Shown here: positions 52,801-64,000 of the stretch, piece by piece
Position numbering within the stretch: position 1 is the first letter of the stretch
Layout: each line of letters begins with the position of its first letter
Assembly (NCBI GenBank): GCA_051294375.1
Contig: CM119267.1
Span: forward strand, 25,183,783 to 25,247,782
From: Paraspadella gotoi
Taxonomy: Eukaryota > Animalia > Chaetognatha
Direction: 5' to 3'
Length of the DNA stretch: 64,000 bases
Notes under the pieces: generated by a model
Seen by the model: only the letters and a program-made list of their open reading frames with translations
What the model was told of the DNA's origin: nothing
Database searches by the model: none
Made by a program: the position numbers and the translations under genes

Positions 52801-55111
52801 AAAAAAAGAAAGAAAACAGATTGTAGCAAAATCAAATAGCTAGAAGCTGATTTTTTTTAAAATTCAAAATTTGTTCTCTATTTCCAGATCTAAAATTCTC
52901 AATGCTCAAAATCTTTTTTTCTAAAATATTTTTTTCTTATTTTTTTTAAAAATAAAAATGTTTATGGTATAGAAGTTATTGTCCGAACTGTTTCAAAATA
53001 TACATATATTATTGCAATAACATGACTTAATTCAAAATTTCTTCCCAAGTCTTTGCCTGAACACAGGAGGAATACAGTAAAAAAAGAAAGTCAAATGTTG
53101 AAAAAGTGGAAAAAAATTTATCATTTTATAGTGAAGNNNNNNNNNNAAAAAAGAAAGTCAAAAGTTGAAAAATTGGAAAAAAAATTTGTCATTTTATAGT
53201 GAAGTTCGAGAGAGAGAATTCTGGGAATTACAAAAATGTCAATAATATTTCTCGGCCTAAAATTCCATTCCTACTTTGGTAAACAAAGTAGTTCTCGCAT
53301 GCTTTTCCCTTCAATGTTATACTGAAATAAACTCGTTTATTTTACTTTGGTATCGAATTCTTTTCACTAAAAATTCCGTCCTCCACTTTAGTTTTCAAAT
53401 TGATTGATCTAAAACTTATATTTTCTAAATTCAAAATTATAAAATAACGGATCAGAAAATAAATATTTTTTTCAGCTATTATTTGGTTATTCATTTATAT
53501 TTATTATTATTATATATTATATATTATTATATTATATATATTATATTATATTTATATTATATATATTATATATATTATATATATATATATATATATTATT
53601 ATTATAAAATTTTGTGTGACCAGAACTCGTTCTGAAAAAACTTCTGGACCAAATTTATTGAAATTTGGTATGAACAATCCCTATGTGAATACTAATAGAA
53701 CTATCAAGGCGAATTGCAATATTTGACCGCTGAGTCGAGATATGGGCTTCCCGGGGGTCACCCATTGGGGCAAAAAATGGTCAAATTTTTTTTTTCAAAT
53801 TTTTTAATTATTTTTATTTTGAACAGTTGCACAGACGTTTACTCTTCCACAAAAACATATTTATTACCTCAAAATATTAGTTTACCTTAATTTTCAGCTT
53901 CATGAACATCAGCAGTTCAAATCAGATTTGGAATAATTTCGGAAAATTGGAAGTAAAACGAACCATGCATCTTCAAACCATGCTTAATTATTAAAAATTT
54001 ATCAATTTTAGTTCTAAAATATTTTTTTTTTCATATGTTTAAAACGTCAATGCACCTGATGGCTGATGCTATTAAAAAAATTTGAAAAATGAAAAAAAAA
54101 ATATTAGCCTTTTTGGCCCCCAGGGGTCCACCCCCATTGCCCTGTATCTCTTTTCAGGGGTTGAATATCAAAATTCGCCTCGATAGTTCCATTTATATAG
54201 TCATTAGCACTCTAAATGTAAAATTTTATTAAATTTGATCGGGTAGTTTGGTGAGAACAGATTCTAGTAACAAAAAAGAGGTACCTCATTTTATAATATG
54301 AAGCCTTCTGTAATTATAATCATTTTAAATATTTTTTGGCTATATAGTTTAACTGACAAATCAAAGAGTACAAAATTTTGTCTTAGATTTTCGCCACCAT
54401 GAGTCTGCTTCTTACTGCCTTTTTACTAATTTTCCTTTTTTGTAGATAAGTGAGGGTTATGGTAAAAGTAAAGGAAGTCTGGTAGAACCAGGCGCATGCA
54501 GTATCATTAATGTAAAGCTTTAAGTTTGGCTCACAGATTAAAAAATATGATAAAAATTTACATGGGTAAGCTTCGCCACGTTAACTTGCATCGTGTCATA
54601 ATTGAAATTCCGAAATTCTAAAGAGTTTCTCTTTCTCTCTGTATCTCTTCCCCTTTTCTTACTCTCTTTTCCTCCCCCCCACTCTCTCTGTCCTCCCACG
54701 CACTCACCTGTGCCGCGACGGATATGAGAAGAGCATCGTTTTCTTCATTGACAGCAATCAGCAAGACGCCATCGGGAGAGAGAGCGAGACAAGTGAAGTT
54801 GGTCCGACTCTCAACTGGCGGGCAAAGGAAATTATATCGCTATTAAAGATAACCCAATAAGTGAAATGCTTTTATTTCACCTATCCTTCACTTAATCGTA
54901 ATGTAATTCATATATATATTAAACCCTGTCTCATCTTCACCCATGACTCACCCTTGAGCGTCTTCGTCTTAGAATTTTTGAGATCAAAGACCGAAACTCG
55001 ATTTCCGACCGGAGAGACGACGGAATTTCCGTCCGTCGAGAAGATCAAGTTGCCTTTTCGATAAACGGCGCCGAGGAGTCGATCCAACGAAAAGTTAGGC
55101 TTCATTCTCAT
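31859..55111 (-). CDS. PWP2: PWP2 (UTP1), WD40 SSU processome component
   Basis: Exons 55111(or 55105)-54952, 54814-54708, 51750-51607, 51399-50826, 50008-49854, 49783-49514, then intact 3' exons 33739-33604, 33515-33334, 33203-32916, 32599-31859. Motifs LLGAVYRKGNL, SPVGNRVSVFDLKN, WEWQSETYVIKQQGH, SLDGTVRAFDLKRYRNFKT, FDPFELD. The 3' exons are duplicated in this assembly. Confidence 0.93.
34583..36766. mobile_element. Gapped copy of the DIRS-like element (same insertion as 45576-48720)
   Basis: Same left junction (gagacatgt|AATTTATT) and colinear with 45576-47645 between N runs. Confidence 0.8.
38041..41210 (+). repeat. Third, indel-rich copy of the SHQ1 intron 1 block, with a ~1.6-kb internal deletion
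   Basis: Matches 18551-20372, jumps to 21966-22295, then matches 27796-28120. Confidence 0.8.
40179..40914 (+). mobile_element. TAGG...CCTA element, 7-bp TSD GATCTCT
   Basis: TSD at 40171-40177 and 40915-40921. The same insertion begins at 22261; an empty site with a single GATCTCT is at ~27795. Confidence 0.8.
41765..41854 (-). CDS. SHQ1: Duplicate of SHQ1 exon 1
   Basis: Identical 90-nt exon with GAG|gtccgt donor, as at 31522-31611. Confidence 0.75.
42104..44743 (-). other. PWP2: Second, frameshifted copy of PWP2 exons 7-10 (probably sequencing-error allele rather than true pseudogene)
   Basis: Exons 44743-44608, 44520-44340, 44205-43921, 42840-42104 nearly identical to 33739-31859 apart from scattered 1-2 bp indels. 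Confidence 0.75.
45576..48720. mobile_element. Non-autonomous DIRS1-like tyrosine-recombinase retrotransposon with ITRs and internal complementary region
   Basis: ITRs ~45611-45747 and ~48549-48707 with non-identical outer tips. 47018-47104 is the reverse complement of the right-end/left-end junction. Both ends carry AATT; the empty target is seen at 56731-56760. Confidence 0.82.
47716..48431 (-). mobile_element. TAGG...CCTA element nested in the DIRS-like element, 7-bp TSD CTGAACT
   Basis: CTGAACT at 47709-47715 and 48432-48438; reverse complement of the 40179-40914 family. Confidence 0.82.
50046..50770. mobile_element. Tc1/mariner-type MITE
   Basis: ~50-bp TIR CAGAAGGCTTCATATT(A/T)TAAAATGTGGTACCCCTTTTTTGTGACCAGAA flanked by TA on both sides. 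Confidence 0.85.
51893..54597. mobile_element. GACACGATG-TIR element copy (left end lost) in PWP2 intron 2, with nested insertions
   Basis: Colinear with 5605-7134 and ends in the full right TIR; carries extra segments ~52030-52318 and 53495-54310. Confidence 0.7.
53610..54310. mobile_element. Second, inverted Tc1/mariner-type MITE copy, with one end replaced by a TA-rich microsatellite
   Basis: Reverse complement of 50046-50730, ending GAAGCCTTCTG-TA; absent at the homologous site near 6863. Confidence 0.75.
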
Positions 55112-55974
55112 TCGATATTTTCAAAGTTGAAAAGAAATGAAAGAAAACTGGAGACTCTGAGCGATGAGTGGAATCGAAGAAGAGCGAAGAGTTAGGTGTC
55201 TTTAAGTAAGAAAAAAGGATTTCATATTTTATACACTAAAAAAACAAAACAAATACTAAATAGTCAAAAAAGGAAAATGTCTGAACGAACAAATTATTCA
55301 AAATTTAAAATAAGATTGCGTTAAAAGATCAGAACGCAACAGTTCCAAAGTCGTTCTTGAATTAAAAACTGGTCGTTATTGCAGACTGAGGATAATACTT
55401 TAAAGTTAATTTAGTTTTAACGGCATATTGAAAAGGTTTAACTATCAACTACCTTGCTACAAAAAAATCAGCGAGTGCAAATTTCTGTTTAAAAAAAATG
55501 GCGTACTTTGTGCAATTTATCACAGCGACGGTTTACGCTGACTTCAAGCTCATATGAAAGTGTCAGTAGCTTTTAATTTAAAAAATCTTAAAAGCATAAA
55601 GATCGTCGCAATCGCAAAAGAAAAATCTAGATTGAAGACAAATTTTGATACTAAAAAAAAAAATTTGAAAAAAGAAAATTATATTTTGCGATTGTCAATT
55701 AAAAAAAATAATAAAGTACTGAGGAAAATTAAAGTTACAGTTTCTTAAAAAAAAACAATTTTTTTTTGGTCATTATCAATTATCATTGTCAATGTCAATT
55801 GTCATTGTCAAAAAATAAACTAATCAGCAGATGCAGCCCCTGAGAAAAAAACAAAAACAGACAATTTATCAAAAACTATTGCATCCCACTAAGAGTTGTA
55901 AAGTCGGGCCGGAAACTGAAAAAAGATAATTTATTTTTTAGCATAAAAAAAAATATAATCATTTTTATTTAAAA

Positions 55975-57020
55975 AAAAAGCATAAGGATCATCGCAATCG
56001 CATAAGAAAAAGCTGGATTGACAACAAATTTTGATACTAAAAAAATCAAATTTGAGAAAAATGAAAAAAATTAAAATTAAATAAAAAAAAATAAAATAAA
56101 AAAATAAATAAATAAAGAATAATAAATATAAAACAGTAAAATAACTTATTTTCGAGTTTAATTTTCAGCAAGTGCAAAGTCTGGAAAGACATTATTGAAG
56201 CTACTTTTGTTTTACTTTTAGCCCGCATAAGCGAGCAGTTTGATTGAATGCGACCTCTTAAACACTGTCAACATTCCCAGACAAAAGACAAAGTGAAACT
56301 TGAATCAGACTGACGAAGTGAAGTAAAGACTATAGTCTATAGTGAAGTAAAATGAAATAAAGTAAAATAAAATAATAAAGTAAATATATATTAAAAAAAA
56401 TTATTCTGATTGATATTTAGAATATTTAGGAAAAAAAATCCACGAAAATCTCGGATGTAAATTTGGGAATAAATGGCGATAATAAAAGTTTTTAGAGGGA
56501 AAAAAATAATAAGAGAGAGAGAGAGAGAGAAAGAAGCCAAATCGTTTTCAGCAGCAGAAGCAGCAGGAGAAAAGGGAGAAAAAGAATAAGCCCCTTCAGA
56601 GCCAGTTGCAGAAAAAGAAATTAAAAGGCAGCAGCAGAAGCAGCAGGAGAAAAAAGAAAAAAAGAATAAGACCCTGCAGACTCGTTTTTTTCCCCTTTAT
56701 GAATCAGTGACTAGGGAAAAGAGAGAGGGAGAGAGACATGTAATTAAAAGAGAAAAGAGAGAAAGAAATATGAAAATAAAAGAGAGAAAATTTGTTTGTT
56801 TTGATAAAACGTAAACAAAACATATTTAATAACTGTCCAGACTCAATTTTAAGCACATCGATGATGGGAAGCTGTATATAAATTTTCAGCTTCATTCACC
56901 CAAATTTAGTCATAAAAAAGGCGATCTATAATTTGGAACGCCGATGACAACAACGACGCCACTTATGCGCAAAAGCGTTACAATATCGTCGCAAACGCTA
57001 AGCGATTGCGACGATAAAAA
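55975..57020 (-). mobile_element. Near full-length DINE-1/Helentron-like element (plus partial copy 55576-55850)
   Basis: GATCATCGCAATCGC near one end and ATCGTCGCAAACGCTAAGCGATTGCGACGAT-AAAAA at the other; (GA)n and GCAGCAGAA tracts inside. Confidence 0.65.
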
Positions 57021-57042
57021 GAATCATAGATGAGTTGGCGAT

Positions 57043-60000
57043 TTATTTCTTCATTTTTTTGTATTGGGACGCTGTTCCTTTGGCGCCATTTTCGTTCATG
57101 TCGCCGCTGGCGACGCCTCCGGAGCCAGAAGGGGCATCCTTTAAATCTTTTGAAGAAACGCCCTTCAAAATAAAAGATAAAAGTGTAGGTATCAAATCTG
57201 ATGGCGTTTATAGTTTTAGTTTAGGCCCGCTTGTATTTTACAAGCCAGGACAAGTTGATAAATAAGCCCTTGCAAACAGAAAGAGTCAGCTCAATATAAA
57301 TGTTTAGGAGAATAAAGGCTAACTCAAATCTATAGAAGGGGATTAGTACGGGGGCTCCTGGACCTTTCGCAGTTAAATACAATTGTTCTATTCAGGAATT
57401 AGGATTCTAGTTGAAATGTGAATGACACCCAAACTCGTCTAACCTGAGCGGCGAGTTCGGCGAGGACGTTGTCCAGATAGTTTGGATCAGGAAATCCGTG
57501 CCCGGTTGAGTTGGACGTCGACTCCGTCTTGTGGTGAATCTCGTTCCAAGTGACGCAATTTGAGGTGCCCGTCGTGGATGAGACACCCACGGTGAAAGTG
57601 AGTCGTCGTTGCCAGGCGACGATGAGCAACTGCAAAACAAGTCTTCCTTTCGGGCTGTCCGGCAAGTAGCAAGTCCGCGGAAAGCCGAAAGCTCGAAATG
57701 ATTTGCCGGGTTCGGGATGCTCCGGACCCTGAACGCCGTTGCTGACCGAGTAGTCGATGACGATGGTTCCACCAGACTCTCGTCTGTGACCGGGCAGTCG
57801 AAAGCGAGAGTCGAGACGGTAGGTCATGTGACCGGGAGGGCAGATGCCTCGGAGTTCCCCGTGGATCGTCTACCAAGAATTATTTACTATACTGAAAAAC
57901 GGATACGCCCGCAAATGCTGCAAAAGCTAAATTTAGTACCTTGCAAGTTGGGCATTGAAGTGAGAGACGAAAAGTTGAAGACGAGGAAGACGACATGGCT
58001 TTAAGACAAGTTCGGTGGAAAGCGTGGTCGCATTGGGTCAAGCGGTTGACAACGAGATCGTCACCATCGCCGTTCCCGAATCCCGAAGCTGAAGAGAGCA
58101 GCTCCATGCAGATGATGCAGTCGTCGTCGGGAATGTCGGCGACGACGGCAGCGCTGAAGAGATCGACGGCGTCACTGGAGGATGAAGATCCTGACGCCGT
58201 GGAGGAAGCATTGGAGATGAGAGTGGATTTAGAGGAAGGGGGCGGAAAAGTCAAACGCCAAGAAAAGTCATTGTCGTTAACGTCCACGTCGTCGCCGCTT
58301 CTTTTTGGAGGACTGAAGAAAAGATTTGGGAGGAAAAGGGGACGCGGAATCAACGCTTACAAATTCATTCTTTTTTAAATACAAAGGACAAATCACTTAA
58401 AAATGTTATACAACCCTCCACATAAAATATTACCGATTGTTAAATATTAAATATTAAATAAATTAAATATTCAAGTTTGTTTACCCGCGGATTTTTCGCT
58501 GGCGGCCGCTAAGTCATCAGCTCATTTGCGGAGAATCAGCAGGAAGTCTTTATTAATTAATTAATAGAGATTTATTTTTTATTTCAAAGCAAAGACGATT
58601 TTAAGATTTTGTTTAGTGNNNNNNNNNNAGAGAGAGAGAGAGAGAGAAAGAGCTAAGGGTTTGGTTGCGTCCTAGTCCATCAGGGCGTGGACCCTTTTGA
58701 AGTAGGAGGCGGCGTCGTTGACTTCAGCAACGGAAGGGATTCGCTGGTCGACTTCTCGAGCGCCTCGTTGACGGCGCCGCTGGGGCCGATCGTGGTCGAC
58801 AGAGGGCGAGTCAAACGAGGAGGCGTTGGACGAAGACGATTGAGACAAAATGGAAGGAAAGATTTTGGGTCGGGCATCGACACGTTCCTTGTGATTGTTG
58901 TTATTGTTATCGTCGTTGGGCGATGGAGAGAAGCAGCCAACGGTGGCCGTCAAGGAGGGGGGCAATGAAGGCGTCAACAATGCGGTTGACGATGCAGTAA
59001 CAGAAACAGAAGCAGCGGCAGGTAACGAGCTTGGCTTCGAGGATCTTAAGGATCTACCAGGATTTAGAATTTGATGGATCCCTGTAGGCAATGCCGAGGG
59101 TGACGACGAAGGGGGTGACGATATCATTGTTGGAGTCATCGTCATCACCGTCGTCTTCGTTTCCTTCGAAGAAGCAACATGGTCGATGGAAGGGACGCCC
59201 TTAACTCCTCCCGCCTTCACCACCAATTTCGATCCCAAATCGCCGCGGCCGACGCCGCCCGATCCCACTTCCGCCCGACGGCCAGATTCGATCAAACCCC
59301 ACCTTCCCTCAACGATCCGCTCCACGTACCTGTCCTCATTGGACGCGGACGCGACGCCGCTTCCGGCGCTATAGTGGCTGCTACCGGCGCCACTTTTCGC
59401 AGAAACAATGCCGTGACTGCTGGGATCGGTACTCGATACCGTGGTCCTAGTGCTGGTAGTGCCGTTAACGACGACGGCGGCGCCACTGGCTGCGGCGAAT
59501 GATTTAGAAGCGAGCGGGTATCGCTGCCCAATTTCCCTTTTGATCGCCCGGGAGAATCCAGTAGACTTGTTACGCTGTTTAAATGTGGCGACGTCGATAG
59601 TGTACCGACAGCCAGGAAAGTGCGTTTCAAGGTCGAGGGTGGGCGACGAGGTCCCGGCAGAGAACGCTCGATGCGTCTCCTCGATCTTAGACGAGATATT
59701 CGTGGCGTAAAAACACCAAGCGGCGTCTCCGCGACCGTCGCCCTTCCATTTCCAAACAACCCCGTCGGCGATGGCTCCGGACGTCGAGCCGGCGGAGACG
59801 ACGACGCGGCGAACGTCCCGTCGGTTGCCCGTGGTGACGTTTCGCTGAAAGCCAGAGCCCGTGGTCGACTCGACGACGATCTCGTAGGAGGAGAGAAATG
59901 GGTGAGTCTGCGCAAGGGAAACGGAGAGAGGCGGAGAGCGTGATTGGAAATCTGATTCCATCTGGCGACACACGGCGTCGTCGTAAGGATTCCAAAAATT

Positions 60001-60063
60001 GCGGTCGTCGCGCCACTCCCACACGGCGACGACAGCTGCGGAAGAAGCGCTCGTCGACGCCAT
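57043..60063 (-). CDS. DTX: Deltex-family E3 ubiquitin ligase (tandem WWE, RING-H2, DTC domain)
   Basis: ORF 60063-~58690 with two WWE domains (VWEWRDD..WNPY, VWKWKGD..WCFY). RING CIICME...CDHAFHRTC...QCPTCK ends at 57940. DTC exon 57869-57444 ([36 protein letters not shown]). Last exon 57162-57043. Splicing around 58310-58690 is unresolved (N gap). Confidence 0.9.
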
Positions 60064-62210
60064 TTTTAGTCACTTATTTAGAGACGAAATTATTATTATT
60101 ATTATTTAACTAAAACATAATAGTATAGTTCCCAAAAAAAAAATTAATACAGAAAAATCATACATGTAACTCTGCTGCCATGATTCTGTGGTGGTCCCAG
60201 TCATATGATAAACAGAGAAATATTATTTTGTAATACATGTATTATTGATTAAAATCGTAGTTAAACGCGAGTGTATGTTGTTTAGTTTATGTTTAATGTT
60301 TTTTTGTGAGGAGACGAGGAAGCGTGGATTTCAGTCACTAAACGGTCGTCACATTTGCAAGATTATGTAATTTAGCGAGGATGGATCATAATGGATACAT
60401 AACGGATCATACATTTTTTTTTTCTGAAAAGAAAACAGAGCAAACAAATCATATATTGTTTCGTTATTTGTGACTGTTACCGATTTATACTGGTTTATAA
60501 GTTTCCAAAACGAATTTCCGAGAAATTAAGATAGGTCACGCCCACAAATTTGAGTATAATTTGAGTATAAGATTAATTGGTCGCTGCAGAAGTCGCCAAG
60601 TGCCAAACGTCACGACTCGAATCGAAGCCAAGGCGTTCCTCATAATTTACAATAACGTGATGACGACGTCGAAGCAGACAAAAACGCGTCGCCTCCAGAA
60701 TACAAAACCTTTTGTTTCGAATAAACTTTTTTTTATTAAAGCGCATATTAATATGCGTTAATTGACAACAGATCTATTGATTTCGAACCCGAGATTTAAA
60801 CAATAGCCATCTCTCACAGACTTAAGTAATGAATTCTTGTGATAAATAAATATTTAAATTAATTGCAGTTTGCCTAATATTAACCAGTATAATCACCGTC
60901 TTATATTCACCGCGAGGCAGCGCCACAGATTCCTTTTTGCCACCTCATCGACGACTCAAATCTCTTTCTCTTTTCTTTTCCTTTAATTTTCTTGTTCTTT
61001 TGTTCCACAAACAAATTTGGTTTTCCGCTTCGAAGACGACGTCAGCCCCACCTTCGCTGCCGAGGAACCGAGATCGTGACGCATCGCCTCGAACGTTCGC
61101 CCGTAATTCCCCTTAGTCTGATGGTCTTTTTCTGGGGTCGTTAATGATAATTTTACGAGTTTCGGTGACATTATTTAAAATATAACGATGAAACCTTAAT
61201 AAACAATTGTTGATGTTACTCTCCGTAGTTGCTCCTTCTTTGTCCACCTCTTTTGTGACAGATTCAAGACTCTCGTTCGTTGACGAGAATTACGCTCCAA
61301 CAAAAGTTAATAAGTGAGTGTAACTGCAGTGATCCAATTAAAATATTAAAGGATTGGATGTATGTTTGCGCCTATTATTTTATTTGAAAAACGTGGTTTC
61401 TATTATTTTATAGTGCATGTGCGCCTTTTATCCTTGGCAGTGTCATCATTATTATTTATCATTATTTAAATTTGCATTTTGCTACCACTTTTGGACGAAC
61501 TGTTAGGACCCGCCGTCCGTCCTCCTCCTAAAACGCCCCCGAGAATATTCGACGAATATTTGAGGAAACTCCTCAACCCCGGCGAGATGCTTCGGTAGTC
61601 CAGAGATTCTTCAAAGGCATGATTTGGTGGCTTGAGCAGATCGACGATCAAATAGTCTCTTTATTTCTCTGAGTTTATGAAGAGTTTAAAAAGGGTACCT
61701 TAATAAAATAATCAAAGCATATAGATATTCAAACAGTACAACAAGAATAATTATCAAAATCATTATTTAAACACTCAAAAGAATTACAAAAATCAGTATA
61801 AATTCAAAAACCAATGAATAAACTAAAGCACGAATGACGAAATGATCCAAACGATAAATCCCTGTGACAAAGTCAAGTTCAAACTCAGATATCACGATTC
61901 GCGAGTCTTTGGATCTAACAGAACTATTATTAATTTGTGGCATAAAAGTATGATACATATCAATTTTTTTCCGAAATGTTGCATCATTGTTCTTCAGGTC
62001 ATCTATTACTCCTTTAATTTTTTGTGCGTTTTTTTTTTCACTACCGAATTTTTCATCGGAGGAGTCGCTTCCACAATCTACACATCTATGGTTGTATTTG
62101 GAGAAATACCTTGTTTCTTAGTTCACTTTACTCACGAAAATATTTTCTAGCTGTTCTTTACACTGTTAAAAATGATATTTGTTCAGATAGCGCATTAGTC
62201 TTTCAAAAGA

Positions 62211-62969
62211 ATGGTCGGAGAGGGAGATCGTCGAATCTTTGTCGGTCATCTTCCGCCCGACGTCCGCAACAAGGACCTCGAAAATCTTTTCCGCAAATTC
62301 GGCCCAATCGTTTTCGTCGACGTGCAGAGAAATAAACGTGGGCCACCCTTCGCCTACGTAGAGTTCGAGCAGCCGGAGGACGCCGCCGACGCTGTCGCAG
62401 AGCAAAACGGTCGACGCTTCGCCGGTGAACGATTACGAGTCGAGTTTCCTCGCGGATCCGGAGTTACCCGCTGCTCGGAACGTCAAGAAAGTCTTCCCCG
62501 TCGTTCCGTCCACCGATGTCTAGTCTCTGGCCTTCCAGCTTCGGCCACTTTGAGAGAGCTTAAAGAACGCATGGGCGATGCGGGGAAAGTTTGTTTCGCC
62601 GACGTGTTGGGCGAAGGGGTGGGCGTCGTCGAGTTCTCGAGCCGAGATGAAATGTTTATGGCCGAATCGAAGCTAAACGACACAGTTTTCCGGTGGCAAA
62701 GTGGGGAAGATTCTCTTCTCAAAGTTTTTGTGGATCCGAAGCGTGACATCGGGAAAAAGAGGAGCCGATCTCCCCGCGACTCTGATCGTAGTCCGCTTCT
62801 GTTTGCCCACCGACGTCCTCTTCTCAACTCTGATCGTCGTCCTCTTCTCAACGCCGACTTTCGTCCTTTTCTCAACGCTGTCCGTCGATCCATTCTTGAA
62901 TCGGCTCGTTATCCTCTGCTCAATGCTCGTCGTAGGCACCTTCCAATCCCAATGATGCGCGATGATTAG
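62211..62969 (+). CDS. Intronless, divergent SRSF1/SRSF9-like splicing factor (two RRMs, reduced RS domain)
   Basis: RIFVGHLPPDVR, PPFAYVEFE, RLRVEFPRG (RRM1); VSGLPASATLRELKERMGDAGKVCFADV...GVVEF (pseudo-RRM2); single 252-aa ORF. Confidence 0.85.
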   Translation: MVGEGDRRIFVGHLPPDVRNKDLENLFRKFGPIVFVDVQRNKRGPPFAYVEFEQPEDAADAVAEQNGRRFAGERLRVEFPRGSGVTRCSERQESLPRRSVHRCLVSGLPASATLRELKERMGDAGKVCFADVLGEGVGVVEFSSRDEMFMAESKLNDTVFRWQSGEDSLLKVFVDPKRDIGKKRSRSPRDSDRSPLLFAHRRPLLNSDRRPLLNADFRPFLNAVRRSILESARYPLLNARRRHLPIPMMRDD

Positions 62970-63565
62970 TGTTTTTAATTAGTTTAGACCGAAAACTTGT
63001 CCGATTCTCTTTACAGTGAAATTTTTTTTTTATTTTTGCGAGGTCGTCGTTGATAGTTCTAGTTGTTTTTCAAGTATTTTTCAGGGCTAACCGAGTTCTA
63101 TTCGTCTTTACTGTCTTCTCATTCATTGGCCATCACGCAGTTCCTTTTCATTAATATCGACCAGTCTTCAGTGCTAATCTCTTCGGAATTCATTTACCGG
63201 AAACTACCTCTTGAAGTGGAGTCCACGAAGATTTCCATTTTCGGTCGATGATTATGATTGGTAAAATTCTAGATTCGCCGACTATGATTTTCGCTTCTTA
63301 TCCTTAGGAATATAAACAATTAAACATTTAAAAATTTTACGTATTCCTGAAGAAAAATAGTCAGCTGTTACCTAATTACCCTAACCCTAAACCCTCCTTC
63401 ACAGTAACCACAGTCGGTGAATGTAGAAATAAGCCAAGAGGGAGTTTGAAAACCAACTTTAATTCATCGCTTTATTTTTATGTTAGAATTAGACGACTTT
63501 ACTTTCCAGCCCAAGGACCTTCAACTATTACTAAACAATCTTAACCAAAAGCGCCGACGACGATC

Positions 63566-64000
63566 ATGGATTTTCTCTTTGGTAAAAAGAAGACTCCCGA
63601 CGAAATGCTGCGCCAGAACCAACGGGCGCTTAACAAAGCAATGAGAGAACTGGACAGAGAAAGAACCAAAATGGAACAACAGGAGAAAAAAATCATCGCC
63701 GACATTAAAAAAATGGCTAAACAAGGCCAAATGGACGCGGTTAAGATCATGGCCAAAGATCTGGTCAGGACCAGACGTTACGTCAAAAAGTTCATGTTAA
63801 TGAGAGCTAACATTCAGGTTCTGTATTAGTATTTTCACAACTTAATTCCCATCTCACGTTTTCAATTAAAGTAAAAGCTTATTTTAATCGATTTACAGGC
63901 CGTTTCTCTCAAGATTCAAACTTTAAAATCACAAAACACTATGGCGCAAGCGATGAAAGGCGTCACCCGTGCCATGCAAAAGATGAACAACCAACTTAAA
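63566..64000 (+). CDS. CHMP2A: Charged multivesicular body protein 2a (ESCRT-III VPS2), partial
   Basis: MDFLFGKKKTPDEMLRQNQRALNKAMRELDRER...; exon 63566-63817, intron GT..AG, exon from 63899 (AVSLKIQTLKSQNTMAQAMKGVT). Confidence 0.96.

Overview
Eukaryotic (metazoan, probably invertebrate) genomic DNA with GC-rich exons in very AT-rich, transposon-filled introns. Genes reconstructed by hand: on the minus strand, a Deltex-family E3 ligase (WWE-RING-DTC), PWP2, SHQ1 (16.6-kb first intron), two tandem beta-1,4-GalNAc/galactosyltransferases (GT7, bre-4-like) and the 5' end of an unidentified gene; on the plus strand, an intronless divergent SRSF1/9-like gene and CHMP2A/VPS2. The 17-48 kb region holds two or three copies of the same blocks, split by N gaps, some full of small indels. 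These are most likely uncollapsed haplotypes or long-read gap fill, but they expose filled and empty transposon sites. Mobile elements resolved from sequence: a non-autonomous DIRS1-like element with ITRs and an internal complementary region (ICR), plus a 357-bp miniature of it; a ~720-bp TAGG...CCTA element with 7-bp TSDs; a DINE-1/Helentron-like family; a hAT-like element carrying a palindromic minisatellite; a Tc1/mariner-type MITE; a GACACGATG-TIR element; and two tRNA-derived SINEs. Other points of interest are unshared intron positions between the tandem paralogs, a GC-AG intron, relaxed splice signals and operon-like gene spacing. All family calls come from motif recognition; no database searches were run.
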